Positions 45,401-53,451 of a stretch of DNA of 64,000 bases are shown here, in pieces (position 1 is the first letter of the stretch; each line of letters begins with the position of its first letter). The stretch lies in the IMG/VR virus record IMGVR_UViG_3300046660_000488, positions 186,001 to 250,000 of that record, one strand, 5' to 3'. The translations under genes were made by a program, and so were the position numbers. The notes below the pieces were generated by a model that was not told where the DNA came from, did no database searches, and was given only the letters and a program-made list of their open reading frames with translations.

Positions 45401-47846
45401 CAGCCGCACCCTCGTCGCCACCGGTTCGGACGGCATCGCGGTCACGTACTCGCTGGTCAATGCCACGACCCTGCCGGGCACGGTTACCCTGAACGCCAAC
45501 ACCGGCGCTCTGTCGGGCAACGTTCCGCGCGCCAACTCGAACGTCGCGTTCAACTTCGACGTCCGCGCCACCACGGCTGAAGGCACGGCTGATCGTTCGT
45601 TCTCGCTGAACGTCATCAACGTCCCGGTCGCTCCGACGTGGAACACCCCGGCTGGCACGATCCTGTCGGGCACGGCGAACTCGGTTTCGTACCAACTGTC
45701 GGCCACGCACCCGGACAACCTGTCGGTCACCTATACGCTGGCCAACAGCACGACCCTGCCGAACAACATGACGCTGGCGTCGAACGGTCTGATCACCGGC
45801 GATCTGCCGCTGGTCGCCAACAACGTCCAGTACGATTTCACCGTCGCAGCAGCGTCGTCCGAAGGTACGGCGAACCGCAGCTTCACGATCCTTGGCCTGA
45901 CCCCGCTCAAGCCGCCGATCTGGGAAACGGCCAACGCATTCGTTCTGCCGGAAGGCAACGCCACCACTTATCAGATGGTCGCGACGAACAACTACGACCT
46001 GTTCTATGCCAACGTAGTGGCTCAAGCCAGCTTCACGAACGCGGTTCAAGATCAGAGCCCTCTGGCTCAAATCTTCACGAACACCGGTGTCGTCGTTTCG
46101 GCCGCACAGTCGAAGTTCGGTGGCACGTCAGGTCTGTTCAATGCGACGAACACGCCGACCGGCGCGTACCTCGGTTTGAACTCGCAGGGCGGTAACTTCG
46201 GAACGTCTGATTTCACCATCGAAATGTGGTACTTCCAGACCTCGAACGGTGCTCGCACACTGTACGGCCAGCGTGATGGTTCCTTCGTCGGCTTCAACAT
46301 GGTCGCCAGCGAAACGTCTATCCAAGTCTGGAGAGACAATGTCACGATGATCAACTACACGGGCACGTTCGCCATCAATACGTGGCGCCACGTTGCTCTG
46401 GTTCGTCAGGGAACTAACCTCACCCTCTATGTCAACGGTACTTCGGTCGCGACCTACGCATCGTTCGGAGCGTCCTACCCGACCTACACTATTGCCGCGC
46501 GTATCGGCTCGGACAATTTCAACAATAGCTGGGTCGGTTACATGGACAACGTCCGCGTCACCCGCGCAGCGCGTTACACGGCAAACTTCGCCGTGCAGAC
46601 GGTCGATGCTGACAGCCTTGGCATCACCTACGCTTACTCGTCGGGAACCATGCCGACCGGTCTGACCCTGAACTCGAACGGCGTGCTCACCGGCACGTCG
46701 CCGCGCGTCACGGCCAACACGGTCTACACCTTTGCCGCCAACGCGATCTCGAACGGCATCGCCTCGACGAAGACGTTCGCGACGACGGTCTACAACGTCA
46801 ACACGGCTCCGACGTGGACGACGAACTCTGGCATTATCGCGTCCGACTTTGGTAACGCGGCTGTCAGCACTCGTGTTCTCGCCGCCCACATCGACAATGC
46901 GACGATCACGTACGCCTTGGCCAACGCCACGACGCTTCCGAGCGGCGTGACGATGAACTCTGGTGGTTTCATCACCGGTACTCTGCCGATTGTCTCGAAC
47001 ACCACCAACTACAGCTTCGACGTCGCCGCCACGGCGGAAACGCTGTCTGTCGGGCGTAACTTCACGATTCAGGCGCTGAAATCAACTGATCCCTACGCTG
47101 CGAACGTCGTGGTCCTTCTGCACGGCGATGACAATGCAGTCGGTAACTCGATCACGGATGCCTCGGGTCACCAGACCTTCACGATGGGCAACGCAGTCGT
47201 TTCGACGGCCGCCGCCAAGTTCGGAACGAAATCGATCTACGTTAACGGCACGCCGACCACGAACGCTCGCCTCGCTCTTGATTCGATGCAATCGGCGGCG
47301 AATGCAACAGATTTCAATTTCGGAACGGGCGATTTCACGCTGGAAACTTGGGTCAATGTCACAACCATGGGAGCCGGAACTACGTATCCGACTCTCATGG
47401 GGTTCTGTAACCCGACTTCGCAAGCACTGGCCGACATGGCATGGACGTTTGGTATTCGCGGTACTGGTACTGGAGCCTCGGCTATCAACCAAGTGTTCTT
47501 CAATTCCTACTTCAAGGACACAGCTAACGGAAACGCTGCTGTTCAGGTTATCAACCCAACTGTTGGCGTTACGCTCGCTACGGGGGCGTGGCACCACATT
47601 GCGTGTGCTCGTCAGGGAACCAATTTCCGTTTCTTCGTGAATGGAACGATGGCCAGCAACACGACGATCAGCGCTGGAACCACCCTCGCCAATCCGTCAG
47701 GGAACACGTTCCAAGTTGGTATTGGCACGATCTTCAACAGTTTCTATACGCTCAACGGGTACGTGGACGAAGTCCGCGTCACAAAGGGCATCGCTCGATA
47801 CACGGCGACGTTCACCCCGACGAACGGTCCTTTCCCGAACCCCTAA
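42441..47846 (+). CDS. Second giant fibre/adhesin-like protein (1801 aa): ~14 putative Ig repeats plus 2 LamG-like domains
   Basis: Same P-[VIT]-W-x-T Ig repeats and 'GY[MV]D[NE]VRVT...ARY' LamG ends as the 3591-aa gene. Start moved from 42249 to 42441 (RBS, late promoter, N-terminus MGVRYQG parallels MGIKYDG). Confidence 0.85.
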   Translation: MGVRYQGKFKQINTQHNVGNRPPVWVTDAGLIDTVDESTSYSYAFEAVDPEGGQVAYAVHSGNFPLGLTLAADGTVSGTLPAVATNTSYTFTVRAADPEGAYADRQFIIMVVDTNAPPVWQTASGSLGSVNEGNNFTSTLSATDPEGQAVSFAISNNSLPSGLSLAANGLISGTTTVTGANALSVFTARATDLDGAYAERNFSILVVHSTTKPVWVTNSALSGNERTSYSTTLVANNAISYTITSGALPSGLTFDQYSGEITGNLPAVSTNTGYNFTVTAYSADDSTARNFTLTVVNVNDLPVWSTPRNLGSQLEGNTVSIQLTASDTQSRTITYNYSNGTLPTGTTLSNTGLLSGTLANVAIDTQFDFDVLATNEDGSTARNFNLTVLDSGAAVAPIWVTSTLPNVNEREVYNTTVVASTATSYAVTAGSLPAGLSLNANTGAITGTASSVSSNTTANFTITATNGAGSTPRAFSITVTNVVTAPVWVTNAALPSAYESAPVSIQLQATDVENRTVTYSRQTFVGAPQPPGGLTLLANGLLYGTPYAVNANTTSTFILNAVNADGSTPQQFSMTILNNASLPIWDTSSGLLFEADEGTNIVTIGVANTMQAHDSLGRSISFSIAQGSIPQTAALHPSGYFYGTFPKVQADTDYDLVIAATNPDGSSYQNITIRNKNVATAPTWNTAAGNRASATEGSGSFNFTLSASGADGTPVTYSIVDGALPAGVTLNPTTGNISGSAPRVANTTVYDFTVRADTAEAYADRAFSVTVNNNAVVPVWQTDGGSQGNYYENEDFQVFYFTATHPDLPVLYRLAANSAVLPSPMVLNSNGAITGGTPPVDGGGSVDFTLEAYNSDGVSARRAFSIGVIDRGGAPVWVTPSGSLLTANERTLVSNTVVATPSANSNALTYTILSGATPNGVVLAANGLISGTLAGVTANTTSSFTIRAATPDGHADRAFSMTTINIPAAPVWVTNSALPDQNEGTAISRTLVATGSDGIAVTYSLVNATTLPGTVTLNANTGALSGNVPRANSNVAFNFDVRATTAEGTADRSFSLNVINVPVAPTWNTPAGTILSGTANSVSYQLSATHPDNLSVTYTLANSTTLPNNMTLASNGLITGDLPLVANNVQYDFTVAAASSEGTANRSFTILGLTPLKPPIWETANAFVLPEGNATTYQMVATNNYDLFYANVVAQASFTNAVQDQSPLAQIFTNTGVVVSAAQSKFGGTSGLFNATNTPTGAYLGLNSQGGNFGTSDFTIEMWYFQTSNGARTLYGQRDGSFVGFNMVASETSIQVWRDNVTMINYTGTFAINTWRHVALVRQGTNLTLYVNGTSVATYASFGASYPTYTIAARIGSDNFNNSWVGYMDNVRVTRAARYTANFAVQTVDADSLGITYAYSSGTMPTGLTLNSNGVLTGTSPRVTANTVYTFAANAISNGIASTKTFATTVYNVNTAPTWTTNSGIIASDFGNAAVSTRVLAAHIDNATITYALANATTLPSGVTMNSGGFITGTLPIVSNTTNYSFDVAATAETLSVGRNFTIQALKSTDPYAANVVVLLHGDDNAVGNSITDASGHQTFTMGNAVVSTAAAKFGTKSIYVNGTPTTNARLALDSMQSAANATDFNFGTGDFTLETWVNVTTMGAGTTYPTLMGFCNPTSQALADMAWTFGIRGTGTGASAINQVFFNSYFKDTANGNAAVQVINPTVGVTLATGAWHHIACARQGTNFRFFVNGTMASNTTISAGTTLANPSGNTFQVGIGTIFNSFYTLNGYVDEVRVTKGIARYTATFTPTNGPFPNP

Positions 47847-47852
47847 ACGACG

Positions 47853-47882
47853 AAGGCCCCGGATCACTCCGGGGCCTTTTTC
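47853..47882. terminator. Intrinsic terminator between convergent genes
   Basis: AAGGCCCCGGA-TCAC-TCCGGGGCCTT followed by T run on the + strand. Confidence 0.8.
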
Positions 47883-49295
47883 TTAGGCGGCTTCCGCGAC
47901 CCGCTTGTTGCCCCACGGCAGGCCCCAGTTGGACGCGCACTTTTGGCCGTAGCCGACCTCGGTGGAACGCTCGTCCGTCAGCGGCAGAGCGCAGAAGCAG
48001 CACTGGCCGGTCAGCTTGCCGTACTTGGCGGCCGTGCCAGCCGGGTCTTGGCCCAGAGCCGTCAGCAGAGCCACCACCGACGTCATGTTCGGCTGGGCTT
48101 CGCGACGGGCCGACTTGTCAAACTTGCCCGTCTTGGCGATGCGGCCGTACCAGATGTTGTTGTCGAACGAGCCGCCGTCCGTGACGTTCAGCGTGCCCTT
48201 GTGGGCGCTGCGGTCACCGGCCAGCGACAGGACGACGTCCTTGCGGTCGTCGGTGATCAGGCGAATCTTCGGGTACTTGATCTTCGAGTTGCCACGGGCG
48301 AACAGCGCCATGACAGCTTCGAAGTCGGCGGCAATATCGACCGGGCCAGCGGCTTTGATAGCGTCGCGGCGAACGCGCTCTTCCTTCATAGCGAAGACGC
48401 CGACGATGGAGGCGGCCAGACCGCACGAGCGGGGCTCGATGACCACCGCATTGGCGATCACGGCGATGTTGTTTTCGTAGTTGTCCAACTCCCGGCCGCT
48501 GTCGCGCAGGCCGCGCGCCCAGTCCAGAGCACGCTGCGACAGGTCGCGGTCAGCGTCGGTGATCTCTTCGCGAGCATAGGTGTTGAAGTAGGTGTAGGCG
48601 ACCTTGCGGGTCGGGGTGATGCCCTGCTCGAAGGCGGTCTTGCCCGAGACCCAGCCGTGCTTGCGGACAGCGCAGGCGGTCGCCGCGCAGTACTCATCGA
48701 CTTCGATCCAGCGCAGATCGTGCACGGCGGTGCTCTTGGCGACGTCTTCTTCTTCAAGCTCGTCGAGGTCGCTCGACGCGACGGCGGCTTCCCGAGCGAA
48801 GCTCAGGAATTCAGCGGCCTTGGCCATCTTGGCGGGGTCTTGGCCGAAGAATTCGGTCAGGCAGGTCGAGCCGACTTGCTTGTACTCGCCGGTCTCGTCG
48901 TTCAGGACGACGTAGGTGTCGCGACGTTTGCGGTTGTGGTTGCAGTGGTCGCAGTTGGTGGACACCGCGCCATGAAACTTGGCGGGGAGGTCGGCGGCGC
49001 CCGGAATGGTGCGGATGACCGTGCCGGTCTCGTTGGAATGGTCGAGGCAGGCGACGAAGGTCCAGCCCTCGATCTTCAGGATCGGGGTGTTCATCAGGAC
49101 TTCGTAGACCTTGATCTCGCGGCCACGGTGCTTGACCATGTGGTAGGCGAAGACGGCGGGCTTGATCGGCAGACCGATCAGGCGCTCAGCGCGCTTGGAG
49201 AGCTTGGCGATCATGGCTTCGAACTTGGGGTAGTTCGGGGCGGGGATATTGAACAGATTGCGCTGCTCGTCGAGGTCCCAAGAACCGCTTTCCAT
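47883..49295 (-). CDS. Hypothetical protein with two Cys/His clusters and C-terminal DUF6011-like zinc finger
   Basis: 'CDHCNHNRKR..TY...QVGSTCL' and 'YGKLTGQCCFCALPLTDERSTEVGYGQKCA'; start at ATG 49295 after GGAGAG. Confidence 0.7.
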   Translation of the reverse strand: MESGSWDLDEQRNLFNIPAPNYPKFEAMIAKLSKRAERLIGLPIKPAVFAYHMVKHRGREIKVYEVLMNTPILKIEGWTFVACLDHSNETGTVIRTIPGAADLPAKFHGAVSTNCDHCNHNRKRRDTYVVLNDETGEYKQVGSTCLTEFFGQDPAKMAKAAEFLSFAREAAVASSDLDELEEEDVAKSTAVHDLRWIEVDEYCAATACAVRKHGWVSGKTAFEQGITPTRKVAYTYFNTYAREEITDADRDLSQRALDWARGLRDSGRELDNYENNIAVIANAVVIEPRSCGLAASIVGVFAMKEERVRRDAIKAAGPVDIAADFEAVMALFARGNSKIKYPKIRLITDDRKDVVLSLAGDRSAHKGTLNVTDGGSFDNNIWYGRIAKTGKFDKSARREAQPNMTSVVALLTALGQDPAGTAAKYGKLTGQCCFCALPLTDERSTEVGYGQKCASNWGLPWGNKRVAEAA

Positions 49296-49504
49296 GACTG
49301 TCTCTCCTTGCTTTCCGTGGATACCGTGGAAGAACAGTACCACAGTTCCTCGTTTCGTCAAGTCACCACCCTGCATTTTTCTTCAAATACTTTGCGGTTT
49401 CTTCCTCACCAAGACGGCGCTCGCGCCGTCTTGGTGCACAGTTTAATTTTGGTAAACAATGTTCCGTGGTGGTAGTCTGACCTCATTGTTCAGACCCATA
49501 CTTC

Positions 49505-50311
49505 ATGGAATTTCACATGAGTTCACACCAGAAAGCGGCTGCGAAGCCAATCACAGATGGAAAGGGCGCTAAGTCGGCGAGGCATATTGCGCGTCAACGA
49601 CTTCGTGATACCGCCATCCGCGCAGCAAAAGACTACACCGGCGAAGACGTCGATGTCGATTTTTTCCTCAGCGACGAATACAGCCCCACCGTCTACGAAG
49701 TCAGCATCCGCCCGACTTCTGAACCGAACTCTCCGCTCACCCTGCTCGGCGAGCAAGCCGCCGCCGACGAGCGCTCGTTCCGCAAGGTGATCCTGTCGGA
49801 CCCGCGCCTGCAAAGCCGTGGCGTCTATTTCTTCATGGACGCCCACCGCCGGGTTCTCTACGTCGGCCAAAGCGCCGACTCGAAGGCTGGTCTGGCCGCG
49901 CGCCTGATCCGTCACCTCGCCTACAGCAAGACCGACGCCCAAGCCCAGAACCGCATCGCCGTCAGCGAGATCGCCTACGTGGGGTTCTACGCTCTGCCGG
50001 AAAGCTCTGTCGCCCGGCTGCGAGAGATCGAGAAATCGTTGGTGGCCAAGTTCGCCGCCGAAGGTCACCCGGTCATGCAGACCATCGGCGCCACGACCCA
50101 GACGTTCGACATCGGTGAGCCCGTCGTTCTTCAGGTGATCCCCGATACGTCGATCCACGCTCGCCTCCGCAAAGAACGCGAAGTCGTCACCCAGATCGAC
50201 ATGTTCAAGGCCGCCTTCCTCCAGACCATGATCAACCCCACGCCGGGGTCGAAGACATGCGCTGATCGTCGGTTCAACTTGCTGATGAACGCCTTCAACT
50301 CGAACAGTTAG
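49505..50311 (+). CDS. GIY-YIG nuclease-domain protein
   Basis: 'RGVYFF...VLYVGQS...LAARLIRH...REIEKSLV' follows the GIY-YIG (G[IV]Y..Y[IV]G..R..E) pattern. Confidence 0.7.
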   Translation: MEFHMSSHQKAAAKPITDGKGAKSARHIARQRLRDTAIRAAKDYTGEDVDVDFFLSDEYSPTVYEVSIRPTSEPNSPLTLLGEQAAADERSFRKVILSDPRLQSRGVYFFMDAHRRVLYVGQSADSKAGLAARLIRHLAYSKTDAQAQNRIAVSEIAYVGFYALPESSVARLREIEKSLVAKFAAEGHPVMQTIGATTQTFDIGEPVVLQVIPDTSIHARLRKEREVVTQIDMFKAAFLQTMINPTPGSKTCADRRFNLLMNAFNSNS

Positions 50312-50368
50312 AAATAGCCGTTCGATGCCACTTTCTGTATACTTACTGGTACTTGGGTCGATTTCAAA

Positions 50369-51376
50369 ATGCGTTACATGACAGTGTGCAGCGGCGTTGA
50401 CGCGGTGTCCCTTGCTTGGGAACCGCTCGGCATGACGCCGGTGGCATTCTCTGAAATCGAAGAGTTCCCGAAGGCAGTCCTTGCCCACCGATGGCCGCAT
50501 GTCCCTGATCTGGGCGACCTGACGAAGATCGAGGGCAAGGACTGGGCTGGGAAGGTGGACATCCTGTGGGGGTCCACGCCCTGCCAAGCCTTCTCGCTTT
50601 CCGGCCGGAGAGCGGGGCTGACGGACCCGCGTGGCGCGATCACGCAGGCCTTCGCCGATCTGGCCGACGACATCAATCCAGACTTCGTGCTCTGGGAGAA
50701 CGTAAAAGGGGTCTTTAGTGACAAAAGCAACGCCTTCGGATGCTTACTCGGGGCGCTGGCCGGAGAAGATGTGCCTCTCGTCCCACCAAGGGGCGGATGG
50801 ACGCACGCTGGTTATGTGCTTGGACCAAAGCGCAATATCGCATGGCGACTCTTCGATGCCCAATATTCAGGAGTTCCGCAACAGCGCGACCGCGTGTACC
50901 TTGTGGCCTGTCCTTCAGACGGACTCGACCCAAGAGACGTTCTATTTGAGTCGCACACGAGCAGCCAAACTCCTCCGAGTGGCACAATCGCGCGGAAAGA
51001 CCTTGCCGCCGCTCTTGGCTACAGCGCTGGAGAACGTGCGTTCTCGGCCGCCCTCCGAGGCCGCGACGAAGGCGAGCAAATCGAAATCGGCAACGACGTA
51101 GCCAACTGCCTGCTGGCCGTGGCTGGCGGGTCGTCGGTTCCGATGGCCTTGGTCGATGACGGTGTGTTCCCGGTGGTCCGGACCCTGACGCCTATCGAGG
51201 CCGAGCGCCTGATGGGCATGCCGGACGATCACACCCTGATCCCCGGTCAACCGGGCGGGAAGACGGCCCGCTACAAGGCCATCGGCAATTCGCTGAACGT
51301 CAAAGACGTGCGGTGGATCGGTGAGCGCATTATCGAAACGGTGTTTTTCAGTCCTCGTAAAGGTGAAGCTCGATAA
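50369..51376 (+). CDS. DNA (cytosine-5) methyltransferase
   Basis: Motif I 'TVCSGVD', IV 'GSTPCQAFS', VI 'WENVKGV', VIII 'PQQRDRVY', IX 'RTLTPIEAERLMGMP', X 'RYKAIGNS'. Confidence 0.92.
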   Translation: MRYMTVCSGVDAVSLAWEPLGMTPVAFSEIEEFPKAVLAHRWPHVPDLGDLTKIEGKDWAGKVDILWGSTPCQAFSLSGRRAGLTDPRGAITQAFADLADDINPDFVLWENVKGVFSDKSNAFGCLLGALAGEDVPLVPPRGGWTHAGYVLGPKRNIAWRLFDAQYSGVPQQRDRVYLVACPSDGLDPRDVLFESHTSSQTPPSGTIARKDLAAALGYSAGERAFSAALRGRDEGEQIEIGNDVANCLLAVAGGSSVPMALVDDGVFPVVRTLTPIEAERLMGMPDDHTLIPGQPGGKTARYKAIGNSLNVKDVRWIGERIIETVFFSPRKGEAR

Positions 51377-51968
51377 TCTCGACGGTCGCTGAGTCGATCA
51401 TCACCTCGTTGTCCGATCCGTATCCGTCGTACGGATCGGTCAGCGCGCGATGAAGCTCCGAGCGGTTGGGGATGTCGGGGATGGTCTGGAGGAAGGCGAT
51501 CAGACCTTTCATCGACAGGACCACGGCCGGGGCCTTGACCTTGTAGATGATGATCACTTGCTTGGCGTCGCCGATGGGCGCGTCAACATCATCCTCATCG
51601 AAACTCCGCAGATCACCATTGTGGTGCATGCTGCGCTCGACGTATCCAGCCGCCTCATCGAATGACGGCGTGAAACCCTGCACTCCACCAGTTTTCTGGA
51701 AGCGTGGGGCCATCTGGTGATGGGTCAGCAGGTCTACAAAGGTCTCGCAGACCTCGCGATCCTCTGGCGTGATGTCGTGCCAGAGCGCACGGTAGTAGAC
51801 TCCGGCACCGAACACTTCCTGATAGCCATTGGCGTGGATCACCGCGATGGCTTCCTCAATGCCGTTGCCGTCATTGTGGATGATGTAGTCATGGATGACG
51901 CCGAGCGCGTGGCTCAGGGCGTCATTGCTCAGGTCACCGTCTTCGAGGATGGAAATCAGATCGCGCAT
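51348..51968 (-). CDS. Hypothetical late protein, possible ADP-ribosyltransferase-like fold
   Basis: TAAATA 4 nt before ATG; N-terminus MRDLISILED; 'VYYRAL', 'QGFT..FDEA', 'DNEVMID' echo the R / S-T / E strands of ART folds. Confidence 0.55.
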   Translation of the reverse strand: MRDLISILEDGDLSNDALSHALGVIHDYIIHNDGNGIEEAIAVIHANGYQEVFGAGVYYRALWHDITPEDREVCETFVDLLTHHQMAPRFQKTGGVQGFTPSFDEAAGYVERSMHHNGDLRSFDEDDVDAPIGDAKQVIIIYKVKAPAVVLSMKGLIAFLQTIPDIPNRSELHRALTDPYDGYGSDNEVMIDSATVEIIELHLYED

Positions 51969-51972
51969 CCCG

Positions 51973-51978
51973 TATTTA
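51973..51978 (-). promoter_or_regulatory. T4-like late promoter core TAAATA
   Basis: 4 nt before ATG 51968. Confidence 0.55.
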
Positions 51979-52710
51979 GGAGCGCGTTTTTCCGATGGGG
52001 CCGCCGAACGCCGGGTCGGCAAACTGCCGGATGCCTTCGCGGGAGTTGATCTTCAGGCGCTTGACCTGACCATCGGTCACGGTGAATCCCACTTTCTCGC
52101 TGATGGCGTAGGCGATCTGGTTGTCGGTCGCGCCACTCTCGTGGAGCTTGCGGACCTCGTTGACCAGTTCGAGGGTCCATTCCACGGTCTTGGTGTTCTC
52201 GGTCATTTCCGGGTCGATGGTCTTGACCATCTGGAAGACCTCGAACGGGACCGTACCCTTCGTGCCGTAGGAATTGATCCGGGCGACGCTGACGCCCGTC
52301 TGGGCGGCGAAGCGACGTTGCCAGCCCTTGGGCTTGCTGAACCGCTTGATGACCTCCGCCGCGAACAAGGAATAGCTGACGTTGTCGTTCTCGTCAGGCT
52401 TCACCTTGCCCTTGGCGTCGGCGACTTGCTCTTCAAGCTTCACGATGGTCCCGTTCAGCTTGATGATGTTCTTCCGCAGATCGAGGATGGTGTCCTCGTG
52501 CTGCTTGATCACGTTCTGTGTCGTGTCGTAGCTCATGTACGGCGTCGTCGCCGGAGCGGAGACTGGTTGTGACAGCAACTCGCTGAACGTCAGACCACTC
52601 GTGGTCATCATCTTCGCGACTTGGCGGACGGCGTTCAATGCCGTGTGCTCATCGGTGCGCGAGTCACCGGCGAGGTCAAGCATTTTGACCAGTCGTTCTG
52701 TCACAACCAT
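51976..52710 (-). CDS. Hypothetical protein with coiled coil and C-terminal HTH-like segment
   Basis: 'LDLRKNIIKLNGTIVKLEEQV' heptads; 'WTLELVNEVRKLHESGATDNQIAYAI' HTH-like. Confidence 0.65.
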   Translation of the reverse strand: MVVTERLVKMLDLAGDSRTDEHTALNAVRQVAKMMTTSGLTFSELLSQPVSAPATTPYMSYDTTQNVIKQHEDTILDLRKNIIKLNGTIVKLEEQVADAKGKVKPDENDNVSYSLFAAEVIKRFSKPKGWQRRFAAQTGVSVARINSYGTKGTVPFEVFQMVKTIDPEMTENTKTVEWTLELVNEVRKLHESGATDNQIAYAISEKVGFTVTDGQVKRLKINSREGIRQFADPAFGGPIGKTRS

Positions 52711-52744
52711 GGGGTACTCCAGAGGCTACTTGTGGCGGGAACGA

Positions 52745-53326
52745 TTAGGCGGTGACTTCGCCGCGCAGATCGTTCAGTTGGGCTTGGATCGAGTCCAGCT
52801 TCGACAGGCGGGTGACCGCACGGTCGCGTTCCACGGTGATCGAGCGGATCGTAGCGGCTTGGCGCTCGATGGTCGAGGTCAGGCCGGTGATCAGGTGGTG
52901 CTGGCGAGCTTCGAATTCGGCGCCGAACTTGGCGGCCAGACGGGTCGAGCCGGTGGTGGCGGCGCGGTTGAACAGCGTGATGGTCTCGGAGACGTCCTTC
53001 TGCACGTCGCCCTTGAAGGCGGGCAGGGTCGGAACGACCAGAGCCACCGACGTGGAAGGACGAGCGGCCAGACGGGCGCCCTTGATGCGAGCCCATGCAG
53101 CGACGACGCCACGCGGGCACTTGGCGATGCTGCCGGTGCGGGCGATGGCGCGGCCTTCAGGCGTGTAGCGCAGGATGTTCTTCAGGGTCTGCACGCTGTA
53201 CTTGGTGATGCGCGAGTAGTCGGCGAGGGTGTAGCCCGGACGCATGGCCACGGCGATCTTCAGTTCCTTGATCGCGCGGTTGCTGATGCGGGTCGTCTTA
53301 CCGGTGTCGGTCGAGTAAATAGCCAC
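52745..53326 (-). CDS. Basic hypothetical protein with C-terminal coiled coil
   Basis: GTG start at 53326 after GAGG inferred; ORF track extends to 53419 through an AT-rich promoter-like region. Confidence 0.55.
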   Translation of the reverse strand: MAIYSTDTGKTTRISNRAIKELKIAVAMRPGYTLADYSRITKYSVQTLKNILRYTPEGRAIARTGSIAKCPRGVVAAWARIKGARLAARPSTSVALVVPTLPAFKGDVQKDVSETITLFNRAATTGSTRLAAKFGAEFEARQHHLITGLTSTIERQAATIRSITVERDRAVTRLSKLDSIQAQLNDLRGEVTA

Positions 53327-53451
53327 GATAAATTGCCTCTGGAAATGGTTTCGGTTCGAGTGGTTCAGGGCGGCTGCAATTGCCGAAATAACCTGATGTC
53401 GAATTGGTAAACCGACCATTCACCGTTGGCAACTGGTAAACGAAAATTATC

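Noticed and set aside
16836-47846. CRISPR array or DGR template/variable repeat within the repeated fibre sequence
   Set aside because: Repeats are degenerate ~290-nt coding units with no identical short direct repeats or spacers; no reverse transcriptase and no adenine-specific mismatched repeat pair seen.
49505-50311. Intron- or intein-associated homing endonuclease
   Set aside because: The GIY-YIG ORF is free-standing, no host gene is interrupted, and no intein or intron signatures flank it.
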